60,451 nucleotides of DNA from Chlamydiia bacterium. GTDB taxonomy: Bacteria; Chlamydiota; Chlamydiia; Chlamydiales; Parachlamydiaceae. Below are positions 1 through 9,779 of this stretch, one piece after another. The first letter of the stretch is position 1. Each line of letters opens with the position of its first letter. The notes beneath the pieces were generated by a model that searched no databases, had not been told where the DNA came from, and worked only from the letters and a program-made list of their open reading frames with translations. The stretch is from positions 1-60,451 of the forward strand of contig JBBSJT010000001.1 of the NCBI GenBank assembly GCA_038257035.1, given 5' to 3'. The position numbers and the translations under genes are program-made.

Positions 1-1
1 T

Positions 2-283
2 GCAAGTTTTGCAGAATTTTTTAAGGATGTTCCCGGTGTTTTTAATGATGATCCAAAAAAAAATCCCTATGCAGAGCTTTATGAGCGATTATCTTATGAA
101 GAAGCTTTAAAAATTGTTTTGAATGGAGCTAAAATTTTGCACCCAAGATCAGTTGAACTTGCAAAAAAAAATTATTTACCTCTTCATGTTTGTTCATTCA
201 TAGATGGCGGGCAAAAAGTTGGGACTATTATTCATGAATTAGCCCTTTTACCTAAAATAGAGACTTTTTACGAAATATTATGA
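2..283 (+). CDS. lysC: aspartate kinase, 3' end (5' part outside window)
   Basis: The frame is open from the window edge to TGA 281-283. The translation ..RLSYEEALKIVLNGAKILHPRSVELAKKNYLPLHVCSF..GTIIHE matches the conserved SYxE..EL..GAKVLHPR.VE.A motif of aspartokinases. The stop overlaps the next ATG (ATGA). Confidence 0.6.
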   Translation, partial: ASFAEFFKDVPGVFNDDPKKNPYAELYERLSYEEALKIVLNGAKILHPRSVELAKKNYLPLHVCSFIDGGQKVGTIIHELALLPKIETFYEIL

Positions 284-2262
284 CTGAAAACAATAGTTTT
301 TTTCCGAAGATTTCAACAGAATTCTGCAAAGGAAATAGCGATCATTTAAATACAGGCACTTTTGCCTCTAACGACACGCTTTATACAGCAGGATTGACAA
401 ATATTTTAAAAAATATTTTACCAAAAGATATTTTTGAAAATACAACATTGGATCAACCTTCATTAAATAAAGCAAAAAAATCTTTAAATGAGCTTTTGCC
501 TTTATTAACGTCTTGCGTATGGTCTGAAAAACCGATGAAAATGTCTTTTTTTATTTTCTCAAAATACCGATCAAACTCTTTTCGCTTCTTTTTTGAAATG
601 ATCAGCCATTGGTTAATTCCCGGAAAGCGTTTGAACGTTTTACTGATTTATGCAGCAGATTTTAGTTTTCCCGAATTTGGTTCTACTGTTTATACTGTTT
701 GCGAAGTGATGGTAAAGGTTCAAAACAATGAAGAATATGAACAAATTCAACGCAATTTGCCAATCATTGAAACTGAAGTAAGACTTGGGATGCAATCGAG
801 TTTTTTTGCAAGACGAATTCTTGAAATTAAAGGCCTTTCTGCCGATGAAAAAACAGTGCTAATTCAAGAACATATTACTTACCTTGTAGAAAGACTGCCT
901 AAATTTTTTGACCAAGATCTTTTAACTGAAATGCAACACGTTCTTGTTATTTGCAGGGATGATTTTAAAGCAGCAAGGGATTGTCGCCTCTTAAGCAGAA
1001 TTATCAGTGTTCACTATCTATTTAGAAAAAATTTAAGGGAAGCTGTTAAACAAGCTCCGACACATCGACATTTAAGCTTAAAACTGATTAAAAGTATGAT
1101 CCAGGTTTCAAGCAGTCCAAGAAAAGTTCTTGGAATTATTGTGGGTATTAATTTTTTAAAAGATAAGGAAATTTTTGAACAAAAGCACTTAATCAATTCG
1201 ATCAGAACCTACATTCCTGAAGCTATTGCTGTTGAGAATTCTTATTTTGCAAACAGGCGAGGGGCTGAACACATTTGTACGCTTTATCTTGAAATTGAAA
1301 AAAAGGGGGGGCTAGATTTTACTTCCAACGAAATTAATCTTTTGAAGCAAGAGTTGCCCTCACACCTAAAAGATAGTATTGAATATTTAATGCACCCGGT
1401 GTTTATGCCGCGTAATGAAGAAGAGATCATGCGCAATATTCTAACTTTGAGCAATCAAATTAAATACCTTCGCGACATTCCCCAAGTCTATATTTCTTTT
1501 GATGAACAGACGCATGTCAATCTGTTTTTTACAATTATTTTGGTGCGTGTTTTAACTCTTAAACCAAATGAGCTTACCATTCAGGAGCTTTTCAAAGATA
1601 AAGAAGGTTTTACCTATATTCACGAACGCTCCAAGCAAGTTGGGAATTTGCGCAATAAATACCCAAAAGAGGCTACGGTGTTTCGTGTTAAAATAGCAAA
1701 AGAGCAATTTTTACGACGCGATCATTCCATTAATTTATATGAGGCAAGACAAGCAGTTGTACTTGAACTTTTACGAGTTTTAGGCGATTTTCGCGATTTT
1801 AATGGAGGCATTATTTCTAAACAAAAGGAATTGCTTTCAACAGTAAAATCAATGCTTCATGGTAATTTTAAGTACCATGACCTTGTCTTGGAGAATTTTT
1901 TCTATTCCCTATATCCCACAATTATGCGAACCATCGTACAGCCTGAAGCCTTCAAAACCCTATTTATTATGCTTCTTGAAGCCATACCTATTAATTTTGG
2001 AAAAGGCGTTCAATGTCAACTCAATATGCATAGCGATAAGGCATCTGTTTATATTTTAGTAAAAACATCTCTTCGCTCTGTTAAGGATGCGCTTCACGTA
2101 AAGCTCCAACAAGTTCAGATCCAGTCGCCCGAACTTGCCAATGCTTACATGCAAATGCATGGCATCCATTATATTGGATATATCTATCGATCGGACGACC
2201 TAGATAAAAAAGATGTTTTCCGTAAAGTCATCCAAGAGTGCATTTCCACTATCTGCGGATAA
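280..2262 (+). CDS. hypothetical protein (660 aa)
   Basis: Long uninterrupted ORF whose ATG overlaps the upstream stop. No competing ORF of any size. I recognise no motif. Confidence 0.55.
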   Translation: MTENNSFFPKISTEFCKGNSDHLNTGTFASNDTLYTAGLTNILKNILPKDIFENTTLDQPSLNKAKKSLNELLPLLTSCVWSEKPMKMSFFIFSKYRSNSFRFFFEMISHWLIPGKRLNVLLIYAADFSFPEFGSTVYTVCEVMVKVQNNEEYEQIQRNLPIIETEVRLGMQSSFFARRILEIKGLSADEKTVLIQEHITYLVERLPKFFDQDLLTEMQHVLVICRDDFKAARDCRLLSRIISVHYLFRKNLREAVKQAPTHRHLSLKLIKSMIQVSSSPRKVLGIIVGINFLKDKEIFEQKHLINSIRTYIPEAIAVENSYFANRRGAEHICTLYLEIEKKGGLDFTSNEINLLKQELPSHLKDSIEYLMHPVFMPRNEEEIMRNILTLSNQIKYLRDIPQVYISFDEQTHVNLFFTIILVRVLTLKPNELTIQELFKDKEGFTYIHERSKQVGNLRNKYPKEATVFRVKIAKEQFLRRDHSINLYEARQAVVLELLRVLGDFRDFNGGIISKQKELLSTVKSMLHGNFKYHDLVLENFFYSLYPTIMRTIVQPEAFKTLFIMLLEAIPINFGKGVQCQLNMHSDKASVYILVKTSLRSVKDALHVKLQQVQIQSPELANAYMQMHGIHYIGYIYRSDDLDKKDVFRKVIQECISTICG

Positions 2263-2441
2263 CAGAGCGTTGTCAGGGTGACCGTTTTTTTTTACCACAG
2301 AGCTTAACAGAGAAGAGCAATAGAGAGGTTATTCAAGAAAGATATACTTCTATTTAAAAAATCGAATTGCTATATTAACTAACTTAATTAACTCTATCTT
2401 TGATTCTTGATTTCAAAAAGCTGTTTCTAGCTGATATCTTA

Positions 2442-2864
2442 TTAATTGATTGCTTCTTGCATGAAGACTTTGGAATTGGATTCTATGTAACTATCATGTC
2501 TTGATTTGGACATAGCTTCTTTTTCCGGATGAGTGAGGTCGTAAAGCTCGTAGACGGTAGTAAACTCATTAAAAGAAGGGTGGCAACTGGGGCAGAGGTT
2601 AATTAGGACTGAGGCTTGATTGTAGTTTTCAGGGGTGCAGGTGATGATAACAGCATCATGGCATGGTGCAGTTGCAATTGTATGGGGAATGAAGCTTTCT
2701 TCGGTCATACGCCAAAGCAATTGGTCAATATAGTTTGCCACTTGCTCATTCGGTGTTGAAATTAAAATATTTTGAGCCAAATCAAAATGTCGTTCAACGA
2801 TTTTGGTGATGGTCACAAGTTTTTCTTGGTTTGTTCTAACTTTTAAAAATGTAATTCGACTCAT
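2442..2864 (-). CDS. holC: DNA polymerase III chi subunit-like protein
   Basis: 140 aa. NILISTPNEQVANYIDQLLWRMTEESFIPH parallels E. coli HolC VLIACEDEKQAYRLDEALW..ESFVPH, and the later blocks (VIITC / VLINL / FTTVYEL) are colinear. The start overlaps the stop of the upstream DUF502 gene. Confidence 0.7.
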   Translation of the reverse strand: MSRITFLKVRTNQEKLVTITKIVERHFDLAQNILISTPNEQVANYIDQLLWRMTEESFIPHTIATAPCHDAVIITCTPENYNQASVLINLCPSCHPSFNEFTTVYELYDLTHPEKEAMSKSRHDSYIESNSKVFMQEAIN

Positions 2865-3496
2865 TTAAACCCCGGAAACATGATGCCGCATGAAATAATA
2901 AATTTTAATGCATCGTCGACTTTCATGTCTATAAAGATGATTTGTTCTTTTCGATAAAGAAAGTTAAATCCCATCATAGGGTTTGGTGTGCCCGGTATGT
3001 AGACAGAGATAAGTTCGATGTGCTCCAAATCGGTGCCTTCAGGAAGGCAATCTTTTGTTATGAAACCGAGACAGTAAGTATCCTCTTGTGGAAAGGGGAC
3101 CAAGGCTACCTGCGAAAAATTTGTTTTGTCCGATTTAAAAATGGTGTGCATCACTTCTTGCAGTGCTATATAGATTTTGTTCACAATTGGAATTTTATGG
3201 ATCAAACGATCAAAATTTGCAAAAAAGACATCCGCGAAAAAGTGTCTTGTTAATAAACCAATCAACAATGTGGCAGCAAATAGAAGGAGTAAAACAATGA
3301 TTCTACTAACTAGGCAGACAATTTGTTCACCTGACAAAAAGAGGAATGTTTTGTCAAGAAGACCTGTCTGTGCAAAGACTTGAGTAGTGAGGGCAAGGAA
3401 TGGTTTTGTCAGAAGATTGACAAAAAACATGACGATCATGAATGTAAGCACGATTGGCAAGAGGATTGCTAAACCTGTTAAAAAATTCTTCTTCAT
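2861..3496 (-). CDS. DUF502 family membrane protein
   Basis: 211 aa. N-terminal TM helices plus C-terminal YIPGTPNPMMGF...DMKVDDALKFIISCG, the DUF502 (PF04367) signature. Tandem paralogue of the next gene. Confidence 0.8.
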   Translation of the reverse strand: MKKNFLTGLAILLPIVLTFMIVMFFVNLLTKPFLALTTQVFAQTGLLDKTFLFLSGEQIVCLVSRIIVLLLLFAATLLIGLLTRHFFADVFFANFDRLIHKIPIVNKIYIALQEVMHTIFKSDKTNFSQVALVPFPQEDTYCLGFITKDCLPEGTDLEHIELISVYIPGTPNPMMGFNFLYRKEQIIFIDMKVDDALKFIISCGIMFPGFK

Positions 3497-3498
3497 GA

Positions 3499-4194
3499 TT
3501 ATTCCTCAAGTGGATCTTTCAAGTTTTTTGTTAAACGAACAGCTTCTTCTTTGGAGATATTTCTAAAAGGGGTAGCAATCATACCGCAGGAAATGATGTA
3601 TTTAAAAGCATTTTCAATTGGCATATCGAGATAAATCAAATCCTCTTCTTTGAAGATCACTAAAAAACCTGAGGTTGGGTTTGGTGTTGTCGGAACAAAA
3701 ACGGCAATATTTCTGCTTGACTCATCGCCCGTAAAAGAAGGTAGATCATCTCTTGTAACAAGTCCTATTGTGTAAGTGTTTTTGTTTGGAAATGGCACCA
3801 TAACAACTTGTTTAAAAGAATTATTATTGGATGTGAAAATCGTGTTGATCACATCCTGGCAGGTTTTATAGATGGAGCTGATCAGTGGAATGCGATGAAT
3901 CATGTAATTCCAAGTATTCATCAGATAGCTAAAGAAGAACATTCTTGCAATTGTGCCAAGAAAAACCGTAAATGAAAAGAGCAGTGTTAAAATAATGATC
4001 TGACTTAATATTTGCTGCACTTGGGATGCTTTTAAAAATAAAAAGCCATCTTGCAGCAAATTGTAATGGTTGAAAATGGACTGAATAACACCTGCAAAAG
4101 GCACCGTTAAAAGGTTAAACAACCAGACGACAATGGCAATCGTTAACGTCAGCGGTAGCAGGATTACAAGGCCTGTCACAAAATATTTTTTCAT
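3499..4194 (-). CDS. DUF502 family membrane protein
   Basis: 231 aa with the same architecture: FVPTTPNPTSGFLV...LDMPIENAFKYIISCG. It lies 2 nt upstream of its paralogue. Confidence 0.8.
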   Translation of the reverse strand: MKKYFVTGLVILLPLTLTIAIVVWLFNLLTVPFAGVIQSIFNHYNLLQDGFLFLKASQVQQILSQIIILTLLFSFTVFLGTIARMFFFSYLMNTWNYMIHRIPLISSIYKTCQDVINTIFTSNNNSFKQVVMVPFPNKNTYTIGLVTRDDLPSFTGDESSRNIAVFVPTTPNPTSGFLVIFKEEDLIYLDMPIENAFKYIISCGMIATPFRNISKEEAVRLTKNLKDPLEE

Positions 4195-4240
4195 CTCATT
4201 TCCTTATTTCAACTCTTATTACTAATTACCTGTTTTTTGC

Positions 4241-4384
4241 AATTTGGAGTGCGGTGACCTGGCACCGCTTTGTTGCTCAAATCGACCTGGCGATTTGACC
4301 GTAACCTGATTTTCAAAAAATCAGGTTACAGAAGCCCGCCAGGTCGGGCTTAAAAAAGCGGTGCCAGGTCACCGCACTCCAAAT
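4241..4384. repeat. nested-palindrome intergenic element, AATTTGGAGTGCGG family, copy 1
   Basis: Termini AATTTGGAGTGCGGTGACCTGGCACCGC ... GCGGTGCCAGGTCACCGCACTCCAAATT are reverse complements. The interior consists of several local hairpins. Related copies are at 37218-37371 and 60177-60313. Confidence 0.9.
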
Positions 4385-4408
4385 TAGCAAACTATCACAA
4401 GCTGATGT

Positions 4409-6883
4409 TTATTTCGTTCTAGGGCTCTTTTTATTTTTGGGTGCTGTTTTTTTTTGAGGTTTTTTATCAGCTTGGCGACCCATTTTACCAATGATCGATT
4501 CTTTCTTGATTTCAGGTCCTAATTTTTCAGATCTTGGTTTTGTTGTAGGCCCTGATCTTGGTTTAGTTTTTTGGCCTTTGCGCGGTCCGCCTCTTTGTTC
4601 AGACTTTGGTTCGGTCCTTGATTCAGTTCTTGGTCCTTTTCTTTGTCCTTTTCGTGGCCCTTTTCTTGGCTCATCATCTTCTTCTTCGGCCCAGTAGGGG
4701 ATTTCCTTTTTAGCAGCAACTAACGACCATTTACTTTCTCTTGTAATCAAATTAATTTCGCTCAACATCACAGTCATTTTGTCGCCTGAAAAGAAGGTCG
4801 ATCCGGTTCTTTTGCCGGTAAGCTGCTGCTTTTTGTCGTCGTAGACGTAATAATCATTTTCAAGTTCAGAAATATGAAGAAAGCTTTCCAGCATCAATTC
4901 AAGTACTTCAAAATAGACGCCAAAATTTTTGATTTTAGTTACAACGGCTTCATATTGTCTCTGAGGTTCTTTCTCGAATAGCGTTTGTAATAAACGCAAT
5001 TTCTTAAGTAAGACTACACTACCTTCAGCTTTTGCGCTGATGCGTTCTTGCTCGGAACATTTTTCTGCAATGGTAGCAATTTTCTCATGACTAAGCTGTT
5101 GGTCAAATAAAATACGATGGACAACAAGATCTACATAACGTCTGATCGGACTTGTAAAGTGGCAATAGTAGTCAAGTCCAAGACCATAGTGGCCAATGTT
5201 ATCAGCAGAATATATAGCAAGGCGCATTTTGCGGATGTAACTTGTGGCAAGGTATTCACCGTAGGATGTAGATTTAGCCTCTTCAAAAAGTTTTTGAAGC
5301 TCTTGTGAGGTTGGAATCTCTGACAGTTTAAAACCAAATGCTATGGCCAATGTAGAAAAATCTTTTAAGTTTTCTTCCGCAGGAATATCGTGAACACGGT
5401 AAGTTAATGATTTTTCAAGGCGAGACAAATGAGTGGCTACCATTTCATTTGCCTTTAACATAAATTCTTCAACCAATTGGTGAGTAATGTCATATTCGAT
5501 GTAATCAGTTTTATATGGAACACCATTTTCATCAACAATCACGACAAGTTCTGGAATGGCAAATTCAATGCTACCTCTTTCGTATCTTTTCTTTTTCAAG
5601 TGGCCGCAAAGTTCTGCCATCAATTTTAACTGATCGGCATGTTTGCTTTTCTTCTTCCCATCAAGAACAAGTTTTGCTTCTTTGTAAGTAAAACGCTTGG
5701 CACTTTTGATCACAGTTTTTGCCATGCGATGTTTTAAAAGATTGCCGTCAGAATCAAATTCCATAATCACAGAAACGGTCAAACGGTTGACGTTTGGTTT
5801 TAAGCTACAAAGGTTGTTGGAAAGTTCAGGTGGCAACATCGGAATGCAAACGCCGGGGAAATAGGTTGAGTTGCATCTTTCAGAGGCTTCTTTATCGAGT
5901 GCCGTGCCTTGTGCTACATAATGCGATACATCGGCAATGTGAACGGCAAGATGATAAATGCCGTTTTCTTTGGACAAGCTAATGGCATCATCAAAATCTT
6001 TGGCTGTATCAGGATCGATGGTTAATGATGTCACATTTCTGAAATCTTCGCGTGTGGCAATATCTTTTTGAGATACAATTGATCCAAAGCTTTTTGCTTC
6101 TGTCAAAACCTTTACCGGAAAATCTGCTCTAATTTCAAACTCTTCGATGGCAGCTTTAATATCGCAGGAAGGATCAGAGATATGACCAATGAAGTGAGAG
6201 ACTTGGACTAGGGTTTCAGTGTCTTTTGATCCCCATTCTTTTACTTCCATAACAACGCGATCGCCAACTTTTAAATTAAAATCTTCCGAAGGGGTAACAA
6301 CAACCCGCTGTTGGGCTCCAAGCATTGGAGCAAAGGCGAGGATTGTTCCATTTTTATCGACCGATTTTATGATTCCGCCCATGTGTGTGCGCGCTCTTTC
6401 TAAAATGGCAACAACACGACCTTCCGGACCTTTCTCAGAGACGACAGCGTAGTTGATTTCAACTTCAACGATATCGCCATGCACAGCATTTTGCGTCAAA
6501 TGCTTCGGAATGAAGATATCTTGGGGGTGAAGGGCTGAATCTTCGGCTTGTAAAAAGCCAAAGCCACGCGGGTGCATGTGTAAAAAACCTTTTACAACAT
6601 TGACCGGAGCTTCGTTTACAAAATATCGTTCGCCCTTTAAAATGGCAAAATCCGTTTCTAATAATTTAGTAAGGACAGTTTTAAAAAGATCCCGATGTAC
6701 TTCAGGAATGCTTAGTTTTTGAATCAGTTCAAATTCGTTAAGTCCAGTATAGCTTTTTCCTGCCATGTACTGTTCAACGGTTTTCAAAAGATTTTGAAAT
6801 AATTTTGTCTCTTTTGAAGGTTTGAAAGTTTCTTCGATTGTAGCTTCTGCTTTTGTAGCTTCTGATTTTTTATTTTTTTTCAT
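4409..6883 (-). CDS. rnr: ribonuclease R
   Basis: RNB signature HFTSPIRRYVDLVVHR, OB/cold-shock-like N-terminal region, S1-like region and a Lys/Arg/Pro-rich tail. I place the start at ATG 6883 (MKKNKKSE..), because the ORF-track start 6970 would run into leuS. Confidence 0.9.
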   Translation of the reverse strand: MKKNKKSEATKAEATIEETFKPSKETKLFQNLLKTVEQYMAGKSYTGLNEFELIQKLSIPEVHRDLFKTVLTKLLETDFAILKGERYFVNEAPVNVVKGFLHMHPRGFGFLQAEDSALHPQDIFIPKHLTQNAVHGDIVEVEINYAVVSEKGPEGRVVAILERARTHMGGIIKSVDKNGTILAFAPMLGAQQRVVVTPSEDFNLKVGDRVVMEVKEWGSKDTETLVQVSHFIGHISDPSCDIKAAIEEFEIRADFPVKVLTEAKSFGSIVSQKDIATREDFRNVTSLTIDPDTAKDFDDAISLSKENGIYHLAVHIADVSHYVAQGTALDKEASERCNSTYFPGVCIPMLPPELSNNLCSLKPNVNRLTVSVIMEFDSDGNLLKHRMAKTVIKSAKRFTYKEAKLVLDGKKKSKHADQLKLMAELCGHLKKKRYERGSIEFAIPELVVIVDENGVPYKTDYIEYDITHQLVEEFMLKANEMVATHLSRLEKSLTYRVHDIPAEENLKDFSTLAIAFGFKLSEIPTSQELQKLFEEAKSTSYGEYLATSYIRKMRLAIYSADNIGHYGLGLDYYCHFTSPIRRYVDLVVHRILFDQQLSHEKIATIAEKCSEQERISAKAEGSVVLLKKLRLLQTLFEKEPQRQYEAVVTKIKNFGVYFEVLELMLESFLHISELENDYYVYDDKKQQLTGKRTGSTFFSGDKMTVMLSEINLITRESKWSLVAAKKEIPYWAEEEDDEPRKGPRKGQRKGPRTESRTEPKSEQRGGPRKGQKTKPRSGPTTKPRSEKLGPEIKKESIIGKMGRQADKKPQKKTAPKNKKSPRTK

Positions 6884-6959
6884 AGAGAATATAAGGCTCA
6901 ATTTGTTAATATAGCTTATTATACCAAAAAAAAAATAAACAACGAAGAGTAAAAAAATC

Positions 6960-9536
6960 GTGAAGTACAATCATAAAAAAATCGAATCGAAATGGCAGCA
7001 AATTTGGCTTGAAAATAAAACTTTTAAAGCAGAGTTTAACCCTTCAATGCCAAAATATTATGTGCTCGATATGTTTCCTTATCCGTCGGGTTCCGGTCTT
7101 CATGTGGGTCATGTTGAAGGGTATACGGCAACGGATATCATGGCAAGGTACAAGCGCCAAAAAGGTTTTAATGTGCTTCACCCAATGGGTTGGGATAGTT
7201 TTGGTTTACCGGCGGAGCAATTTGCCATTCGAACCGGCACACATCCTGCCATTTCAACAAAAAGTAATATAGATAATTTTAGGCGTCAACTTCAATCTCT
7301 TGGATTTAGCTATGATTGGGACCGAGAAATTGCGACGAGCGAGCCTGATTATTACAAATGGACGCAATGGATTTTTACCAAACTTTACGAAAAGGGCTTG
7401 GCCTACGAATCTGAAATGTTGGTTAATTATTGCCCTGAACTTGGAACTGTACTTGCTAATGAAGAAGTTGAAAACGGTAAGTCAAAGGAAGGTGGATATT
7501 TAATTGAAAGACGCCCACTTCGTCAATGGGTTTTAAAAATTACAGCTTATGCTGAAAGATTAATCGATGATTTGGATTTGGTTGATTGGCCGGAAGGTTT
7601 GAAAAAACTACAAGTGAATTGGATCGGAAAAAGTGAAGGTGCCGAGGTTAATTTTGCCGTGCCGGTAGCAAATACTCAAATAAAAGTTTACACAACAAGA
7701 CCGGACACTCTTTTTGGTGCAACCTATATGGTGCTTGCTCCGGAACATTCTCTAATTGAAAAAATCACAACGGAAGAACAATTAGAAAAAGTTAAAGAAT
7801 ACCAAAAAACGACTGCCTCCAAAAGTGATTTAGATAGAACCGAATTAAACAAAGATAAATCCGGCGTTTTTACGGGCAGTTTTGCAATCAATCCGGTTAA
7901 TGGCAAAGAAATTCCTATCTGGATTTCAGATTATGTTTTAGCAAGTTACGGGACAGGTGCCATTATGGCTGTTCCTGCACACGATGAGCGCGATTTTGAA
8001 TTTGCAACATTTTTTGAACTCCCGATCATCTGTGTCTATGAACCTAAGGTTCTGCCGGTTACAGAAGAAATGCACATTAATGAAGATATTGAAATAGAGC
8101 GTCAATCCATTCTAGACGGTAAAAAGTGCTGGAGTGGTGAAGGCACTTGCATCAATAGCGCAAATAGTGAACTGTCGTTAAACGGCGATGATGTCAAGAC
8201 AGCCTCTGATAAAATGATTTGTTGGCTTGAAAAGTGTGGATTTGGAAAACGTGCAATCAACTACAAATTAAGAGACTGGCTTTTTTCAAGACAACGTTAT
8301 TGGGCAGAACCCTTCCCGATTATGCATTATGAAGATGGAACCAAGCGCGCATTAGATTTGGATGAATTACCGCTTACGCCGCCACATTTAACTGATTATC
8401 GCCCATCAGGAGATGGTCAAAGCCCGCTTGCAAAAGTGCGCGAATGGGTGGAGATCATCGATCCAAAAACAGGCAAAAAAGCTTTACGCGAAACTAACAC
8501 AATGCCTCAATGGGCAGGGTCTTGCTGGTATTACTTGCGCTTTTTAGACCCTCACAATAAAAAAGAAGCTTGGGACAAAGAAATCGAGAAATATTGGATG
8601 GGTGTTGATCTTTATGTTGGGGGAGTGGAGCATGCAGTTCTGCACTTACTTTATTCCAGATTTTGGCATAAAGTCCTATATGACTGTGGCCTTGTCAGTG
8701 GTTTAGAGCCTTTTAAAACATTGCGCAATCAAGGAATCATTGTTGCACGTTCTTATCTTGATGCTAATAACGCCTACGTTGCACCGGAAGATACCTTTGA
8801 AAAGACAGGTAGATTTTTCCATAAAAAAACGGGCGAAGAACTAAAAAGCCAGATCGATAAAATGTCAAAGTCCAAATTAAATGGCATTTCACCGGATGAA
8901 ATTGTAGAAGAATTTGGTGCCGACTCCCTAAGAATGTACGAGATGTTCATGGGCCCACTTGAAAAGGAAAAAGTTTGGAATACGAATGCAGTAACGGGAT
9001 GTAAACGCTTTTTGACTAGATTTTACGATATGGTCACATCAGAAAAAGTATCGGATCAACAAACCGAAGAAGCTCTAAAATTAGGTTTTAGACTTGTTGA
9101 TGCAGTGACAAAAGACATTGAAGGAATGCAATTTAATACTGCCATTGCAAAAATGATGGAGTTTATGAATGATTTCACTAAACTTGAGATTTACCCTAAG
9201 AATGTTCTCAAGATGGCAACACAGTGTTTAATGCCATTTGCACCCCACCTTGCAGAAGAAGCTTGGGAAATTTTAGGATGCAAAGAGTCGCTTTCGGTTT
9301 CTCCTTACCCTTACGTCGATCCTAAATATTTAGAAGAATCTACAATGACTTATGTGGTTCAGGTCAATGGTAAGCTTCGCGGTAAGTTTGAATTGCCAAA
9401 AGATGAAACAAAAGAAGTTGTATTTGCGGCAGCTATGACTAACCCTTTAATTGTAAAGCATGTAGATGGTCAGGAAATTGCGAAGGTCATCTTCGTCCCA
9501 AACAAGCTTCTAAACCTCGTCGTTAAATCAAAGTAA
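6960..9536 (+). CDS. leuS: leucine--tRNA ligase
   Basis: 858 aa. The N-terminus YNHKKIESKWQQIW, the HIGH-type motif (SGLHVGH) and KMSKS (DKMSKSK) are typical of bacterial LeuRS. Apparent GTG start. Confidence 0.95.
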   Translation: MKYNHKKIESKWQQIWLENKTFKAEFNPSMPKYYVLDMFPYPSGSGLHVGHVEGYTATDIMARYKRQKGFNVLHPMGWDSFGLPAEQFAIRTGTHPAISTKSNIDNFRRQLQSLGFSYDWDREIATSEPDYYKWTQWIFTKLYEKGLAYESEMLVNYCPELGTVLANEEVENGKSKEGGYLIERRPLRQWVLKITAYAERLIDDLDLVDWPEGLKKLQVNWIGKSEGAEVNFAVPVANTQIKVYTTRPDTLFGATYMVLAPEHSLIEKITTEEQLEKVKEYQKTTASKSDLDRTELNKDKSGVFTGSFAINPVNGKEIPIWISDYVLASYGTGAIMAVPAHDERDFEFATFFELPIICVYEPKVLPVTEEMHINEDIEIERQSILDGKKCWSGEGTCINSANSELSLNGDDVKTASDKMICWLEKCGFGKRAINYKLRDWLFSRQRYWAEPFPIMHYEDGTKRALDLDELPLTPPHLTDYRPSGDGQSPLAKVREWVEIIDPKTGKKALRETNTMPQWAGSCWYYLRFLDPHNKKEAWDKEIEKYWMGVDLYVGGVEHAVLHLLYSRFWHKVLYDCGLVSGLEPFKTLRNQGIIVARSYLDANNAYVAPEDTFEKTGRFFHKKTGEELKSQIDKMSKSKLNGISPDEIVEEFGADSLRMYEMFMGPLEKEKVWNTNAVTGCKRFLTRFYDMVTSEKVSDQQTEEALKLGFRLVDAVTKDIEGMQFNTAIAKMMEFMNDFTKLEIYPKNVLKMATQCLMPFAPHLAEEAWEILGCKESLSVSPYPYVDPKYLEESTMTYVVQVNGKLRGKFELPKDETKEVVFAAAMTNPLIVKHVDGQEIAKVIFVPNKLLNLVVKSK

Positions 9537-9568
9537 CGTTATTTTTTATATAACGCGTTGCAATAAAT

Positions 9569-9667
9569 ATAAAGCAGGCCTACAGCCTGCATTTTTTTCA
9601 TATCATACCTAGGGCAACGCCCTAGGGTATCGGTATGTTATGGTTGCAGGCTGTGGGCCTGCCTTAT
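9569..9667. repeat. palindromic intergenic element, GCAGGCCTACAGCCTGC / CCTAGGGC..GCCCTAGG family, copy 1
   Basis: ATAAAGCAGGCCTACAGCCTGCA ... CCTAGGGCAACGCCCTAGG ... TGCAGGCTGTGGGCCTGCCTTAT. The outer arms are inverted repeats around a central hairpin. Related copies are at 48639-48860 and 55249-55433. Confidence 0.85.
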
Positions 9668-9779
9668 GATTATTTTTCTTAGGTTGATGTGCATGCGTTC
9701 TTCGCGGTAAAAAAGTCCCTCACAGTTATTTTTTTAAACCAGGGAAGATTATCTAACTTAGATTTTTCCGAAGTTGGTG

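Noticed and set aside
4491-4719. Two ~67-aa ORFs overlapping the 3' end of rnr
   Set aside because: They fall in the low-complexity Lys/Arg/Pro tail-coding region of RNase R. These are alternative-frame artefacts.
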